NCBI GenBank assembly: GCA_036802405.1
Contig: DAIRWG010000002.1
Span: 2,013-66,012 of the forward strand
DNA length: 64,000 nt
Direction: 5' to 3'
DNA from: Alloprevotella sp.
Lineage (GTDB): Bacteria > Bacteroidota > Bacteroidia > Bacteroidales > Bacteroidaceae
Shown here: in pieces, positions 30,381 to 40,387 of the stretch
How the letters are laid out: every line of letters begins with the position of its first letter
Numbering within the stretch: the first letter of the stretch is position 1
Position numbers and translations under genes: made by a program
The notes under the pieces: generated by a model
The model's database searches: none
Seen by the model: only the letters and a program-made list of their open reading frames with translations
What the model was told of the DNA's origin: nothing

Positions 30381-30646
30381 GTTTTATGGGTAAGTTTAAT
30401 TTTGATACAATGGCGAGGATCTTATTCAAATGCATCCATTCGGGTGTGCTTAACACGGTGCTTGATTTGGCTGCCTTATTCTATTTTCTGGTGTGTTTGA
30501 ATATGTATTTCCAAGGAAATGAAGCTTGGCATGAAGTCCCCCATAATGTGGTTTTCTTCATTCCGATGGTTGTGGTGTGTCTGGTTGCAGTGTGTGTGCT
30601 CGTCTATCATTTGGCGAAAGAACTTGGCACACGTCGCAGCAGATGA
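30377..30646 (+). CDS. Small membrane protein with two hydrophobic helices
   Basis: 89-aa ORF overlapping the upstream stop; it has two hydrophobic stretches and ends just before the right repeat. The start codon is uncertain. Confidence 0.55.
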   Translation: MSFMGKFNFDTMARILFKCIHSGVLNTVLDLAALFYFLVCLNMYFQGNEAWHEVPHNVVFFIPMVVVCLVAVCVLVYHLAKELGTRRSR

Positions 30647-30661
30647 AGAGAACATCTGAAT

Positions 30662-30738
30662 CATAGATGAAGCGTCAGTCCCCTTGCTTGCACACCGCAT
30701 CCGAGGGGGCTGATTTTTGTTGGTGCTGAATGGTGACT
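30662..30738 (+). repeat. 77-bp direct repeat, right copy (would act as the cassette terminator)
   Basis: Identical to 28294-28370. Confidence 0.97.
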
Positions 30739-30935
30739 GTTGCGTGGCTTTGGGGGAAAGCCTTTCGCTGGCAATATTCCTCGGCATCGGGCGAAAGAAA
30801 GTGCTGGCATCGCTGCAGACCCAGACGGGGCGAATATGTGAAAGGTAGAATATGCTGAAGAGCATGTTTTGAAAAGCATTTCTTGCAAATGTGCAAAGAA
30901 TCTCGACAGAATCGTCATTTTTCGATGAAAAGCCT

Positions 30936-30943
30936 TAACTTTG
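30936..30943 (+). promoter_or_regulatory. Bacteroidetes -7 element (TAACTTTG) for the susC operon
   Basis: Consensus match about 150 nt upstream of susC. Confidence 0.6.
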
Positions 30944-31093
30944 TGGGGTGAAAGCCAATCTGCGGCACAGATTCGGCCGCCATCGCGGGGCAAAAGCCCG
31001 TGAGGGCGGGCGGAGCGGCCGCAAGGAGGCCAAGTGAAACATCCTTTTGGCACGACGTGATTCTGCCAACCAAACGACAAAAGCTTTACACAT

Positions 31094-34000
31094 ATGACGA
31101 GATATGCCATGAAGCCCGATTTTCTCACACCGAGAAGATTGACTGCACTCATGCTCCTCGCTCCGCTGGGCGTGGGGGCATGGGCTTTCCAACCCACAGC
31201 CGTTCCTGCCACCGAAGGATCGGCTGTTTGCATTTCTGCGGCTGATGCGCACGGCACGGATGCCGTGCAGCAGACACGCAAGGTGTCGGGCACCGTCACC
31301 GACCAGACGGGTGAACCCCTCGTGGGGGCCACAGTGGTGGTGAAGGGCACGAAAGTGATGACCGTGACCAATGCCGACGGCCGGTTCACGCTCTCTCTGC
31401 CCTCGGGCAAGGACGAAGTGACGGTGTCGTACATCGGGGCCAAACCGCAGACGGTGAAGGTGGGTGCGCAGAAACAGCTTGAGGTGAAACTCGAGGTGGG
31501 CGGCAACGACCTGGGCGAAGTGGTGGTGACGGCTCTCGGCATCGAGCGTAAGCCCGACGAGCTGACCTATGCCACGCAGAAGGTGAAGGGCGACGAGTTG
31601 ACACGTGCCAAGGATGCCAACCTCATCAATGCCCTGCAGGGCAAGAGTGCGGGCCTTGTGATCACGCCGAATGCTTCGGGCGCCGGCGGTTCATCGAAAA
31701 TCACGCTGCGTGGCAGCAAGTCGATCATGGGCGAGAACCAGCCGCTCATCGTGATCGACGGCGTGCCGATGCCCAACCTTCAGAGCACGCAGATCGGCGA
31801 TGCCCTGCTCTCGGGCGGCAACACGACCGACAGCGGCGATGCCCTGTCGAACATCAATCCCGACGACGTGGAGAGCATGACCATCCTCAAGGGTGCCAAT
31901 GCCGCTGCCCTCTACGGATCGAAGGCAGGCAACGGCGTGATCATCATCACCACCAAGCATGGCCACGAGGGCCGCGTGCAACTCAACCTCTCCAGCTCGA
32001 TGCTGGTGGAAACACCGCTCGTCACCCCGAAGTTCCAAAACACCTACGGGGCCAATGTGGAGGACTTCTCCAACACCTGGCGCAACCCCAACCAGCCCGT
32101 GGCCGACCGCCGCTTGGGCATCTACTCGTGGGGCGAGCCCATCGGACGCCTTTCGCAAAACTCGCTGGCCGCCGTGCCCTATGCCCGCAATGCGGCGCAG
32201 GACAACGTGGGCAACTACCTGCAGACGGGCACGAACTTCAACAACACCATCTCGGCCTCCTTCGGTTCGGAGCGCGCCACGAACTACATGTCGTACTCCA
32301 ACACCAACTCCAACGGCATCATTCCCAGCAACAAGTTCAACCGCCACATCCTCACCTTCCGCGAGAGCATCAAGATGTTCCACAACCGTGCCGAGCTGAG
32401 CCTGGCGGGCAACTACGTGTATCAGGATGCCAAGAACCGTCCCGGCTCGGGCATCTATGCCAACCCCCTCTACGACCTCTACCTCATGCCGCGCAATGCC
32501 GACATCCGCTACTTCAAGGACCATTCCGAGGAGTGGGGGCCGCTCTACTATGTGAACGCCGTGAACGGCACTTACCCGCGTGCCACCAACCTGGCCGAAG
32601 GCCCCGTGCAGTTGTGGCCGTGGAGCAACGAGGAGAACCGCAACTCGCCCTACTGGTACCAGCACCGCCTGAGCCGCGAGCAGATTCGTGAACGCTTTTA
32701 TGGCACCATCGGCCTGAAAGTGGACATCATGGAGGGACTGTCGGCACAGACGCACTTCAAGATTGACCGCACGAAGGACACGAACGAAACGAAAACCTAC
32801 CAGGGCACCCGAGCCAAGACGTTCTACAACTCCATCTACGAATATGGCAAGACGGAGCACAACGAGGTGTATGCCGACTTCCTCGTGAGCTACAACCGCA
32901 AGGTGCGCGACTTCGACCTCGGGGCCAACTTCGGCGGCAGCACCACCAAGACGCAGGATGCCTACACGGGCTGGAACTACTGGATGAACGACTCTACGGC
33001 CACGCCCAACGTGTTCGACCCCACGAACCTCATCACCTCGAAGGGCGACGGCGCGCACGTGCCGGTGAGCAAGACGAAGGCCGAGGACTGGGAGAATGCC
33101 CTCTATGCCACCGTGTCGGTCGCCTGGCGGCAGATGGCCTTCCTCGACGCCACCTGGCGCACCGACTGGGCCAGAACCTACACGCAGTTCTACGATGCGG
33201 GAGCCAGCAGCAAGCGTTTCTCCTACTACAGTGTGGGCGGCAACGTGCTGCTCGACAAGCTCTTCCGCTTGCCCGAGGACTACTGGCTGACGCACTCCAA
33301 ACTGCGCCTGTCGTACTCGGAAGTGGGTACGCCTATCCCCAACATGAACTACAGCTCGATGATCCGCAGCTTTGCCACCGGCGGACTCACGGCTTCGCAA
33401 TACCGCAACTTCAAGCACATCGCACCCGAGCGCGTGCGCTCCACGGAGCTCGGACTTGACCTCCGCTTCCTGGAGGACCGCCTGACCTTCGACATCACTT
33501 TCTACAACGCCCTCATGGTGGACCAGTGGCTGCCGCAGGCTTCGGCCACGGGCGGCACCATCCCGATGCTCAGCGGACGCATCCGCAACCGCGGTGTGGA
33601 AACTTCACTCGGCTACACCATGCGCTGGCCGGCACAGCAGCTGCAGTGGCGCACGGCGGTGAACTATTCGTTCAACAAGAACAAGATCCTGCGCACCTAC
33701 GAGGATTCGAACACGCCGATCATCAACGACCTCGTTTACCAGGGCGGACTCAAGGTGCACTATGAAGTGGGCAAGCCCTACGGCGAACTCTACGGACGCG
33801 GATTCCAGTATGGCTCCGACGGCAAGATCCTGCTCGACGGCGACGGCGTGCCCATGCTCAGCGGCGACTACGACACTTACCTGGGCAATGCCAACTCGCC
33901 TCACCACTTGGGATGGAGCAACACGCTCACCTGGAAGAACCTCTCCTTCTACTTCCTCATCGACGGCAAGATCGGCGGCAACGTCATCTCCTACACCGAG

Positions 34001-34444
34001 GCGCTGATGGATGCCTACGGCGTGTCGGAACGCTCGGGCAAGGCCCGTCAGAGCGGCCTGACCTACACGAAAAAGAGCGTGGTGGGCGGAGTGGAAGTGA
34101 TGCAGACCGTGCCCGGACTGCGGCTGCCCGACGGTCAGGTGGTGTCGGCGCAGGACTACTACCAGAAGGTGGGCATGGGTGAACCCTTGCTGCAGAACTA
34201 CACCTATTCGGCCACCAGCTTCCGCCTGCGCGAAGTGTCGTTGGGCTACACCTTCCGCAACGTGTTCGGCGACAGCCGCGACCTGAGCCTCTCCTTTGCC
34301 GCGCGCAACCTCTTCTTCATCTACAAGGATTCGCCCGTCGACCCCGACATCTCCGTGTCGACCACCAACTCCTACAGCGGCATCGATGCCTTCAGCATGC
34401 CCACTACGCGCAGCTACGGCATCACGCTCAAGGCCAACTTCTAA
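31094..34444 (+). CDS. susC: SusC/RagA family TonB-dependent transporter
   Basis: N-terminal VSGTVTDQTGEPLVGATV domain, EVVVTALGI, PLIVIDGVP, INPDDVES.TILKG..AAALYGS...NGVIIITTK, and a C-terminal F. Confidence 0.96.
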   Translation: MTRYAMKPDFLTPRRLTALMLLAPLGVGAWAFQPTAVPATEGSAVCISAADAHGTDAVQQTRKVSGTVTDQTGEPLVGATVVVKGTKVMTVTNADGRFTLSLPSGKDEVTVSYIGAKPQTVKVGAQKQLEVKLEVGGNDLGEVVVTALGIERKPDELTYATQKVKGDELTRAKDANLINALQGKSAGLVITPNASGAGGSSKITLRGSKSIMGENQPLIVIDGVPMPNLQSTQIGDALLSGGNTTDSGDALSNINPDDVESMTILKGANAAALYGSKAGNGVIIITTKHGHEGRVQLNLSSSMLVETPLVTPKFQNTYGANVEDFSNTWRNPNQPVADRRLGIYSWGEPIGRLSQNSLAAVPYARNAAQDNVGNYLQTGTNFNNTISASFGSERATNYMSYSNTNSNGIIPSNKFNRHILTFRESIKMFHNRAELSLAGNYVYQDAKNRPGSGIYANPLYDLYLMPRNADIRYFKDHSEEWGPLYYVNAVNGTYPRATNLAEGPVQLWPWSNEENRNSPYWYQHRLSREQIRERFYGTIGLKVDIMEGLSAQTHFKIDRTKDTNETKTYQGTRAKTFYNSIYEYGKTEHNEVYADFLVSYNRKVRDFDLGANFGGSTTKTQDAYTGWNYWMNDSTATPNVFDPTNLITSKGDGAHVPVSKTKAEDWENALYATVSVAWRQMAFLDATWRTDWARTYTQFYDAGASSKRFSYYSVGGNVLLDKLFRLPEDYWLTHSKLRLSYSEVGTPIPNMNYSSMIRSFATGGLTASQYRNFKHIAPERVRSTELGLDLRFLEDRLTFDITFYNALMVDQWLPQASATGGTIPMLSGRIRNRGVETSLGYTMRWPAQQLQWRTAVNYSFNKNKILRTYEDSNTPIINDLVYQGGLKVHYEVGKPYGELYGRGFQYGSDGKILLDGDGVPMLSGDYDTYLGNANSPHHLGWSNTLTWKNLSFYFLIDGKIGGNVISYTEALMDAYGVSERSGKARQSGLTYTKKSVVGGVEVMQTVPGLRLPDGQVVSAQDYYQKVGMGEPLLQNYTYSATSFRLREVSLGYTFRNVFGDSRDLSLSFAARNLFFIYKDSPVDPDISVSTTNSYSGIDAFSMPTTRSYGITLKANF

Positions 34445-34478
34445 ATCCTGAGGTAACATTTCCCCAAACATTCCTACA

Positions 34479-36320
34479 ATGAAAGCTTTTCATCTCTCCA
34501 TAGCCCTTCTGGCAGGCTGCCTGTCCTTCGCCTCGTGCTACGATTCCGTGCTCGACTACGAGGGCAATGCCAACGAGGAAAACAACGGCGGCAACTCCTC
34601 CAGCGAAGGGGCATTGGCTTCCGTCGACCAAGCCGTGGGATTCCTGCGCCAGGCACAGATGCTGGTGATTGATGCCCGCGAACACAAATACCAGTTCCAA
34701 TGCTCCTTCATCGGCGATGACCCGGTGGGCTACGTGTCCACGCCCCACAACTTCGACGGGCGTCTCGTGTCGAGTCTGGCCTACTATTCCAACTTCGCTT
34801 CCGGCCCCGAGGCCAACCTCCGGTGGGTGGCGCAGCAGGTGGTGCCCGTGATGCGTTCGCAGGAGGCGCTCGGCATCAATCCGCTCTCGGCCTTTGCCTC
34901 CATCCTCTTTGCCGACGAGGCCTTGCAGTACACCAACACGCACGGGCCGATGGCCCTCAACGACTACAAGGCGCTCAAGGAGAAGCATCCGCTCACCTAC
35001 GAGAAGCAGAGCGAGGTGTATGCCCAACTCTTCCGCGACCTCGTGCGGGCCGACTCGCTCCTGGCCGACTATGAGCAGCACCCCACCGACCGCATGGACG
35101 AGTACATCGTGGGCACCGACCGCCTGACGCAGCAGACCACGGCCAAGGCAATAGTGGGCATGTGGCGCAAGTATGCCAACTCGCTCATCCTGCGCATGGC
35201 CATGACGGCCGTGAAGGTGGACGGCTACACCGTCAGCATCGACGGCACCGAGAAAACGGTGCGCCAGCTGGGCGAGGAGGCCGTGGAGCGCGGTGTGCTG
35301 CAGCCCGGCGACAAGCCCATCGCATTGGTGTGCGGCTCGGGCACCGACGTGGGCTACCACCCGCTCTACAAGATTGCCAACAACTGGGTGGATGCGCGCC
35401 TCAATGCCAACTACCACAACTATCTGGTGCGCACGCAGAACCCCATCCTCGACTTCTGGTTTGCCAAGAACGAGGGCGACATCAAGAACGACAAGGGCGC
35501 CACGGTGAGCAAGGACACGCGCTACCTGTCCGTCCGCTCGGGCATGAAGCTCAACACGGCGGGCACGACCTCGCAGACCTATCAGTACTACTCCAAGTTT
35601 ACGCTCAACTTTGCGGCGGAGCCGCTCTGCCTCTTCAAGGTGGAGGAGGTGCAGTTCCTCCTTGCCGAGGCTGCCTTGCGCGGATGGAACGTGGGGGGCA
35701 CCGACGAGGACTTCTACAATGCCGGCATCCACGAATTCTTCCGCAACCATGCCTTCTCGGACGCACAGTATGACGAATACATGGCGTGGAAGGGCATGGG
35801 CAACATCGGGGTGGATGCCTCGCAGTATGATGGTGCCATCTACCGCGACTTCCTCAACTCCGAGAACGACCTGCCGCACTATTCGGGCTACTACCAGCTC
35901 AACAATGCGCTCGGCCTGCCGGCCAATGCCGACACCAACCCCTATCTGAATGACTCGAAGGAGCAGCGCCTGCAGAAGATCATCACGCAGAAGTGGATCG
36001 CGCTCTTCCCCATGTCGCTCGTGGCATGGACCGACTACCGCCGCACGGGCTATCCCGTGCTGCTGCCCTATTGCCCCTTTGCCTACAACTATGCCGACGG
36101 TTCGCTCGACGAGCCGCGCTACAACTGGCTCACGGGCGAGATCACGCACGAAGGGGTGACCCTGCGCCGCATCCCCTACGACACTTCCAACAACGAGGTG
36201 GCCGATGAGGTGGAGCAGACGGCCATTCCCGCCCTCAATGCCGAAACGTCGGGCGCTGCACAAGGCAACCGGCAAGGCACGCGCCTCTGGTGGGACGTGC
36301 AGGGCAAGCGCAATTTGTGA
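34479..36320 (+). CDS. susD: SusD/RagB family lipoprotein
   Basis: Lipobox FASC; WRKYANSL.LR.AM, EVQFLLAEAALRGW, KIITQKWIA, WTDYRRTGYP and TRLWWD; lies directly after susC. Confidence 0.93.
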   Translation: MKAFHLSIALLAGCLSFASCYDSVLDYEGNANEENNGGNSSSEGALASVDQAVGFLRQAQMLVIDAREHKYQFQCSFIGDDPVGYVSTPHNFDGRLVSSLAYYSNFASGPEANLRWVAQQVVPVMRSQEALGINPLSAFASILFADEALQYTNTHGPMALNDYKALKEKHPLTYEKQSEVYAQLFRDLVRADSLLADYEQHPTDRMDEYIVGTDRLTQQTTAKAIVGMWRKYANSLILRMAMTAVKVDGYTVSIDGTEKTVRQLGEEAVERGVLQPGDKPIALVCGSGTDVGYHPLYKIANNWVDARLNANYHNYLVRTQNPILDFWFAKNEGDIKNDKGATVSKDTRYLSVRSGMKLNTAGTTSQTYQYYSKFTLNFAAEPLCLFKVEEVQFLLAEAALRGWNVGGTDEDFYNAGIHEFFRNHAFSDAQYDEYMAWKGMGNIGVDASQYDGAIYRDFLNSENDLPHYSGYYQLNNALGLPANADTNPYLNDSKEQRLQKIITQKWIALFPMSLVAWTDYRRTGYPVLLPYCPFAYNYADGSLDEPRYNWLTGEITHEGVTLRRIPYDTSNNEVADEVEQTAIPALNAETSGAAQGNRQGTRLWWDVQGKRNL

Positions 36321-36440
36321 AAAGGGTGGGGAAGTGGACTTCCCCGCTCCTGCATTTCCAGAAATAATCCAATCACTGATACCTTTGGCGAAGGGCGGGC
36401 CCCTCAGCCCGTCTTCCCGCCAAACCATTGACTAACACCC

Positions 36441-39400
36441 ATGAGACATTTCCTCTTCACAGCCGCCCTGATGGCCTCTACGGCCACGATGTGGGCGCAA
36501 AGCGTGCCGACGCACGACATGTATGTGGACTTCGGTGTGACAGACAAGAGCGACATCGTGTCGATGCTCGACAAGTGGACACCCGGATCCAAGTTCAGCA
36601 AGGATGCCAACTATGTGGATGAAAACTTCTTCATCTCGCGTGTGCCCCTCAAGCAGCGTTTCACCAACACTGCCACGCAGGCCAACGCCAGCCTCACGGC
36701 CGACAATGCCAAGAACCTGTGCTGGTGTGTGCCCATCGGCGAAATGACCAAGAAGTGGGGACCGCTGCCCCGCTGGAATTTCGATGGCGACAACTTCAAC
36801 ATGTGGCAGTACATCAACATCCACGCCAACTGGTCGAACTCCTGGTGGCGCGCTCCGGGTGCTTTCAACGATGTGGCACACAAGAACGGTGTTCGCACCG
36901 GCTGCCTCTACTTCATCGACTGGGCATCGCAGGTGACCGAATCGACCGATGCGGGCAAGATGCTCGCCCAGCTCTGCGCCAAGGACAGCAAGGGCAACTT
37001 CAAGTATGCCAAGAAGCTCATCACCTTCCTCCGCTACTACGGCATCGACGGCATCGGACTCAACCCCGAGGGACAGTGGAGCACCACGCTCAACAACAAT
37101 TTCTCCTCCTTTCTGGCCGAATGCCACAAGGTGGCGAAGGAGATGAACTTCCCCTTCCACGTGGAATGGTATGCCTTCGTGTCGAACACCGGCAATCTGT
37201 CCGACAACGGCTGTACGCTGAGCGTAGGCGGCAACGACAAGTGGTTCCAGAAGGACGGCAACCCTGTGACTGACGTGTTCTTCCTCAACTACAACTGGTC
37301 GGAAAACGCCCTCAGCACCTCTGCAGCCGCTGCCAAGCAGCTGGGCCGCAGCAGCTTCGATGTGTATGCCGGATTCGACCAGCAGGGACGCGGCTACGGC
37401 AAGTATGGCAACGCAGGGTGGAACGCCCTCATGAAGTATCCCGTGAGTGTGGTGGTGTGGGGCGGCCACGACCGCAGCCAGCTCTATGCCGGATCCACCG
37501 AGGGCGGCAACTCCGACCTCAGCGTGCAGAAGGAATACCAGACGAAGCAGGAAATGCTCTTCACCGGAGCCACACGCAATGTGCTCAACACGCCTGCCAT
37601 CTACGACGGCGTGGTGACTTCCTCCTATTCCGACCTGCAGAAGTGGCATGGCTATTCGAAGACCGTGCTCGAGCATTCCACGCTCACCGAACTGCCCTTC
37701 GTCACCCGTTTCAATCTCGGCAACGGACAGTGGCTCAAGAAGGACGGACAGACCACCTTCGCCCACAAATGGTACAACATCGGCATGCAGGACTACCTGC
37801 CCACTTGGCGCTGGTGGATCGACAACGGCGACGGACACACCGTGCCGGCCGATGCCATCCAGGCTGACTTCACGTTCGACGATGCCTGGACGGGCGGCTC
37901 TTGCCTCAAACTGCACGGGGCCACGCAGAAGTCGCACATCCGCCTGTTCGACACGAAGTTTAAGGTGGAAAGTGCCGACGATGCCCTTTCCCTCACCTTC
38001 AAGGTGAACAACGGCAACGACCCCAAGCTCCGTCTGACCGCTTCGTGTGTGGGGGCGGAGAATGAGTTCAAGTCGGTGGCCGTGCCGGCCGACGGCGTGG
38101 TGCAGGGACAGTGGAAGACCGTCACGCTGAAGGCTTCCGACCTCGGACTCGCTGCAGGCGATGTGATTGCTTGCCTCGGACTGGAAGTGGACGGCACCGA
38201 TGCCGCCTATGAAACGCTGCTCGGCGAGTACAGCTACATTCCCTCCAACTTCAGCGAAACGCCCGTACAACCCGAAATCACCCATGCCGAGGTGATGAAG
38301 CGCGTCTACAACCGTGCCGACGTGAAGGTGGTGTTCAACGTGCCCTTCAGCGGCACACGCAAGGCGGAATATGCCGACTGCCCCGTGTACAACGAGGAAG
38401 TGGGTGCCTGGTACTACGAAATCTACGTGAAGCAGGGCGATGAGCAGAAGCTCGTGGCCAACACCACCTCTTGGGCCTCCTACGTGGTGGACGCTCCGCT
38501 CAACGGCAAGGACGACAAGCTGCAGATCGGTGTGCGCACCGTGGGACGCGACGGCAAGACCGTGTCGCCCATCACCTGGAGCAAGGAACTGAGCAGCGAC
38601 CTCTCCGTGATCGAAACGCTCACGCTCGACAAGGACATCATCAAGCCCAACGAGGAGTTTACCGTGGGCTTTGAGGATCCCAACCATGCCGTGGCCGACA
38701 TCCAGATTCAGAACTCGCTCACCGGCGAGGTGATGGCTGAGGCCAAGGGTCAGCTTTCGCTCACGGCTTCGCTGCCCGAAACGGGCACCTACGATGTGCA
38801 GGTGACCTCGGGCGGAAAGACGACCATCAGCCGTGCGCTCATCCTCGTCACTCCCGAAGCCACCGGACGCTTGCCGCAGGTGAACAGCCTCACGGCCGAC
38901 CGCACCGAGGTGGACGGCACCGACCGCGACGTGCACTTCAAGGCCGAAGTGAGCAAGGGCAACACCTTCAAGCGTGGCGGCAAGGATGTGCCTTGCACCG
39001 TGTCGAAGTCGCTCTACATGAAGGAACCGTACCAGCTTACGGTCGATTCGAAGATCATGAGCGAGTACAAGAACACTTCCTTTGCCTTGTGGTTCAAGGT
39101 GGAGAAGTTTGAGCACGCTTCGCTCGGCACGCTCCTCATGACGAAGGTCAACCGCAACTATCCCGGCACTTGGACCGAGAAGGTGTGGGGTGAAATGTGG
39201 ACCGCCATCCGTCCGGCCGGATACGGCAACAACATGCCCAACCGTCCGAAGGTGAACAACGGCGAGAATGAACTTTCCGTGAGCGTTGATGCCCCTGCCG
39301 CCGGAACGGCCAGCTATGAGCACAACAACGACGTGGACGGCCTGACCAAGGGCTACGAGCTCTCGCCCAACACGTGGTATCACTGCTGCGTGGTGAAGGA

Positions 39401-40271
39401 GGGACGCAACGTCAAGCTTTACCTCAACGGCAAGTGCGTGATCAACACCGTCAGCCGCGGTGCCGGCCCGAAGGACTGGAAGGGCGCCAACTTCTATGTG
39501 GGCGGATCGATGACCAACCTGGCCAGCTTCACCGGATGGGTGGACGAAGTGCAGATCTGGAGCAAGGCTCTGAGCGAGGATGAGGTGCGCGAGGCCATGA
39601 ACGGCTACGTCATCGCTCCCGACAACCTTGAAGGCTATTTCACTTTCGAAAACCAGCAGACGGATGCCGACGGCAACATCTACTTCCCCAACGAGGGCAA
39701 TGCCTCGTCTGTGGTGAAGGGTGCCTACATGACCACCGGACAGGACAACAAGGGCACCAACGTCGACGTGAAGCAGAACCAGCTCACCACGGCGCTCGGC
39801 GTACCGGCCATCGAGGGCACCCTGCCCATTACCTTCGAATCGAGCAAGTGGATGCTTGACGGCGCCCAGCTCAGCCAGGCCACCGAAACGGAGGCTACGG
39901 GCACCTACCACAACGAGGGTACCTATCCCGTGACACTCACGCTGACCAACTCTTGGGGCTCAACCACCAAGACCATCAACGACTACATCGTGGTGAAGAA
40001 CTCCACGGGCATTGACAATGCAGCCAACGCCGAGGGCTATCGCGTGTATCCGCGTCCGTTCGAAGGCAAGGTGAGCCTGCTCTTTGCCGAGGAAGGCAAC
40101 TACGAGGTCATGGCATTTGATGTCAGCGGACGCCGCGTGGCACAGCGTGCCTACCAGGCGCTCAGCGGTGAGGTGAGCGAACTCTCCATGCAAGGCGCCA
40201 AGGGAACTTACGTCATCACCATCCTCAAAGACGGCAAGTGCGTGCGTTCCGTGAAGGTGAGCATGAAGTAA
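36441..40271 (+). CDS. GH85-like endo-beta-N-acetylglucosaminidase with LamG, PKD and a T9SS-type C-terminal domain
   Basis: WQYI, AHKNGV...G, YYGIDGIGLNPE (catalytic N-x-E), FFLNYNW, LPFVTRFNLGNG, WYNIG.QD.LPTW and DAWTGGSCL; LamG WYH...V / DEVQIW; PKD GTYPVTLTLTN; CTD VYPRP...G.Y...K. Confidence 0.82.
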   Translation: MRHFLFTAALMASTATMWAQSVPTHDMYVDFGVTDKSDIVSMLDKWTPGSKFSKDANYVDENFFISRVPLKQRFTNTATQANASLTADNAKNLCWCVPIGEMTKKWGPLPRWNFDGDNFNMWQYINIHANWSNSWWRAPGAFNDVAHKNGVRTGCLYFIDWASQVTESTDAGKMLAQLCAKDSKGNFKYAKKLITFLRYYGIDGIGLNPEGQWSTTLNNNFSSFLAECHKVAKEMNFPFHVEWYAFVSNTGNLSDNGCTLSVGGNDKWFQKDGNPVTDVFFLNYNWSENALSTSAAAAKQLGRSSFDVYAGFDQQGRGYGKYGNAGWNALMKYPVSVVVWGGHDRSQLYAGSTEGGNSDLSVQKEYQTKQEMLFTGATRNVLNTPAIYDGVVTSSYSDLQKWHGYSKTVLEHSTLTELPFVTRFNLGNGQWLKKDGQTTFAHKWYNIGMQDYLPTWRWWIDNGDGHTVPADAIQADFTFDDAWTGGSCLKLHGATQKSHIRLFDTKFKVESADDALSLTFKVNNGNDPKLRLTASCVGAENEFKSVAVPADGVVQGQWKTVTLKASDLGLAAGDVIACLGLEVDGTDAAYETLLGEYSYIPSNFSETPVQPEITHAEVMKRVYNRADVKVVFNVPFSGTRKAEYADCPVYNEEVGAWYYEIYVKQGDEQKLVANTTSWASYVVDAPLNGKDDKLQIGVRTVGRDGKTVSPITWSKELSSDLSVIETLTLDKDIIKPNEEFTVGFEDPNHAVADIQIQNSLTGEVMAEAKGQLSLTASLPETGTYDVQVTSGGKTTISRALILVTPEATGRLPQVNSLTADRTEVDGTDRDVHFKAEVSKGNTFKRGGKDVPCTVSKSLYMKEPYQLTVDSKIMSEYKNTSFALWFKVEKFEHASLGTLLMTKVNRNYPGTWTEKVWGEMWTAIRPAGYGNNMPNRPKVNNGENELSVSVDAPAAGTASYEHNNDVDGLTKGYELSPNTWYHCCVVKEGRNVKLYLNGKCVINTVSRGAGPKDWKGANFYVGGSMTNLASFTGWVDEVQIWSKALSEDEVREAMNGYVIAPDNLEGYFTFENQQTDADGNIYFPNEGNASSVVKGAYMTTGQDNKGTNVDVKQNQLTTALGVPAIEGTLPITFESSKWMLDGAQLSQATETEATGTYHNEGTYPVTLTLTNSWGSTTKTINDYIVVKNSTGIDNAANAEGYRVYPRPFEGKVSLLFAEEGNYEVMAFDVSGRRVAQRAYQALSGEVSELSMQGAKGTYVITILKDGKCVRSVKVSMK

Positions 40272-40387
40272 GCCAGCACTCAGAGGGAGTTTGGGGAAAC
40301 CGCGGCGCAGGCCTGCCGGCCAGCCGGTTTCCCCCTTCTGCCCCCGGATTTTCCCAAACTCCATTCCATCACTCCAACATTCTCATC

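Larger units (their letters stand above)
28294..30738. mobile_element. AT-rich accessory cassette bounded by 77-bp direct repeats, no integrase
   Basis: Base composition and codon usage shift abruptly between the two identical repeats; three non-housekeeping ORFs lie inside. Confidence 0.7.
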
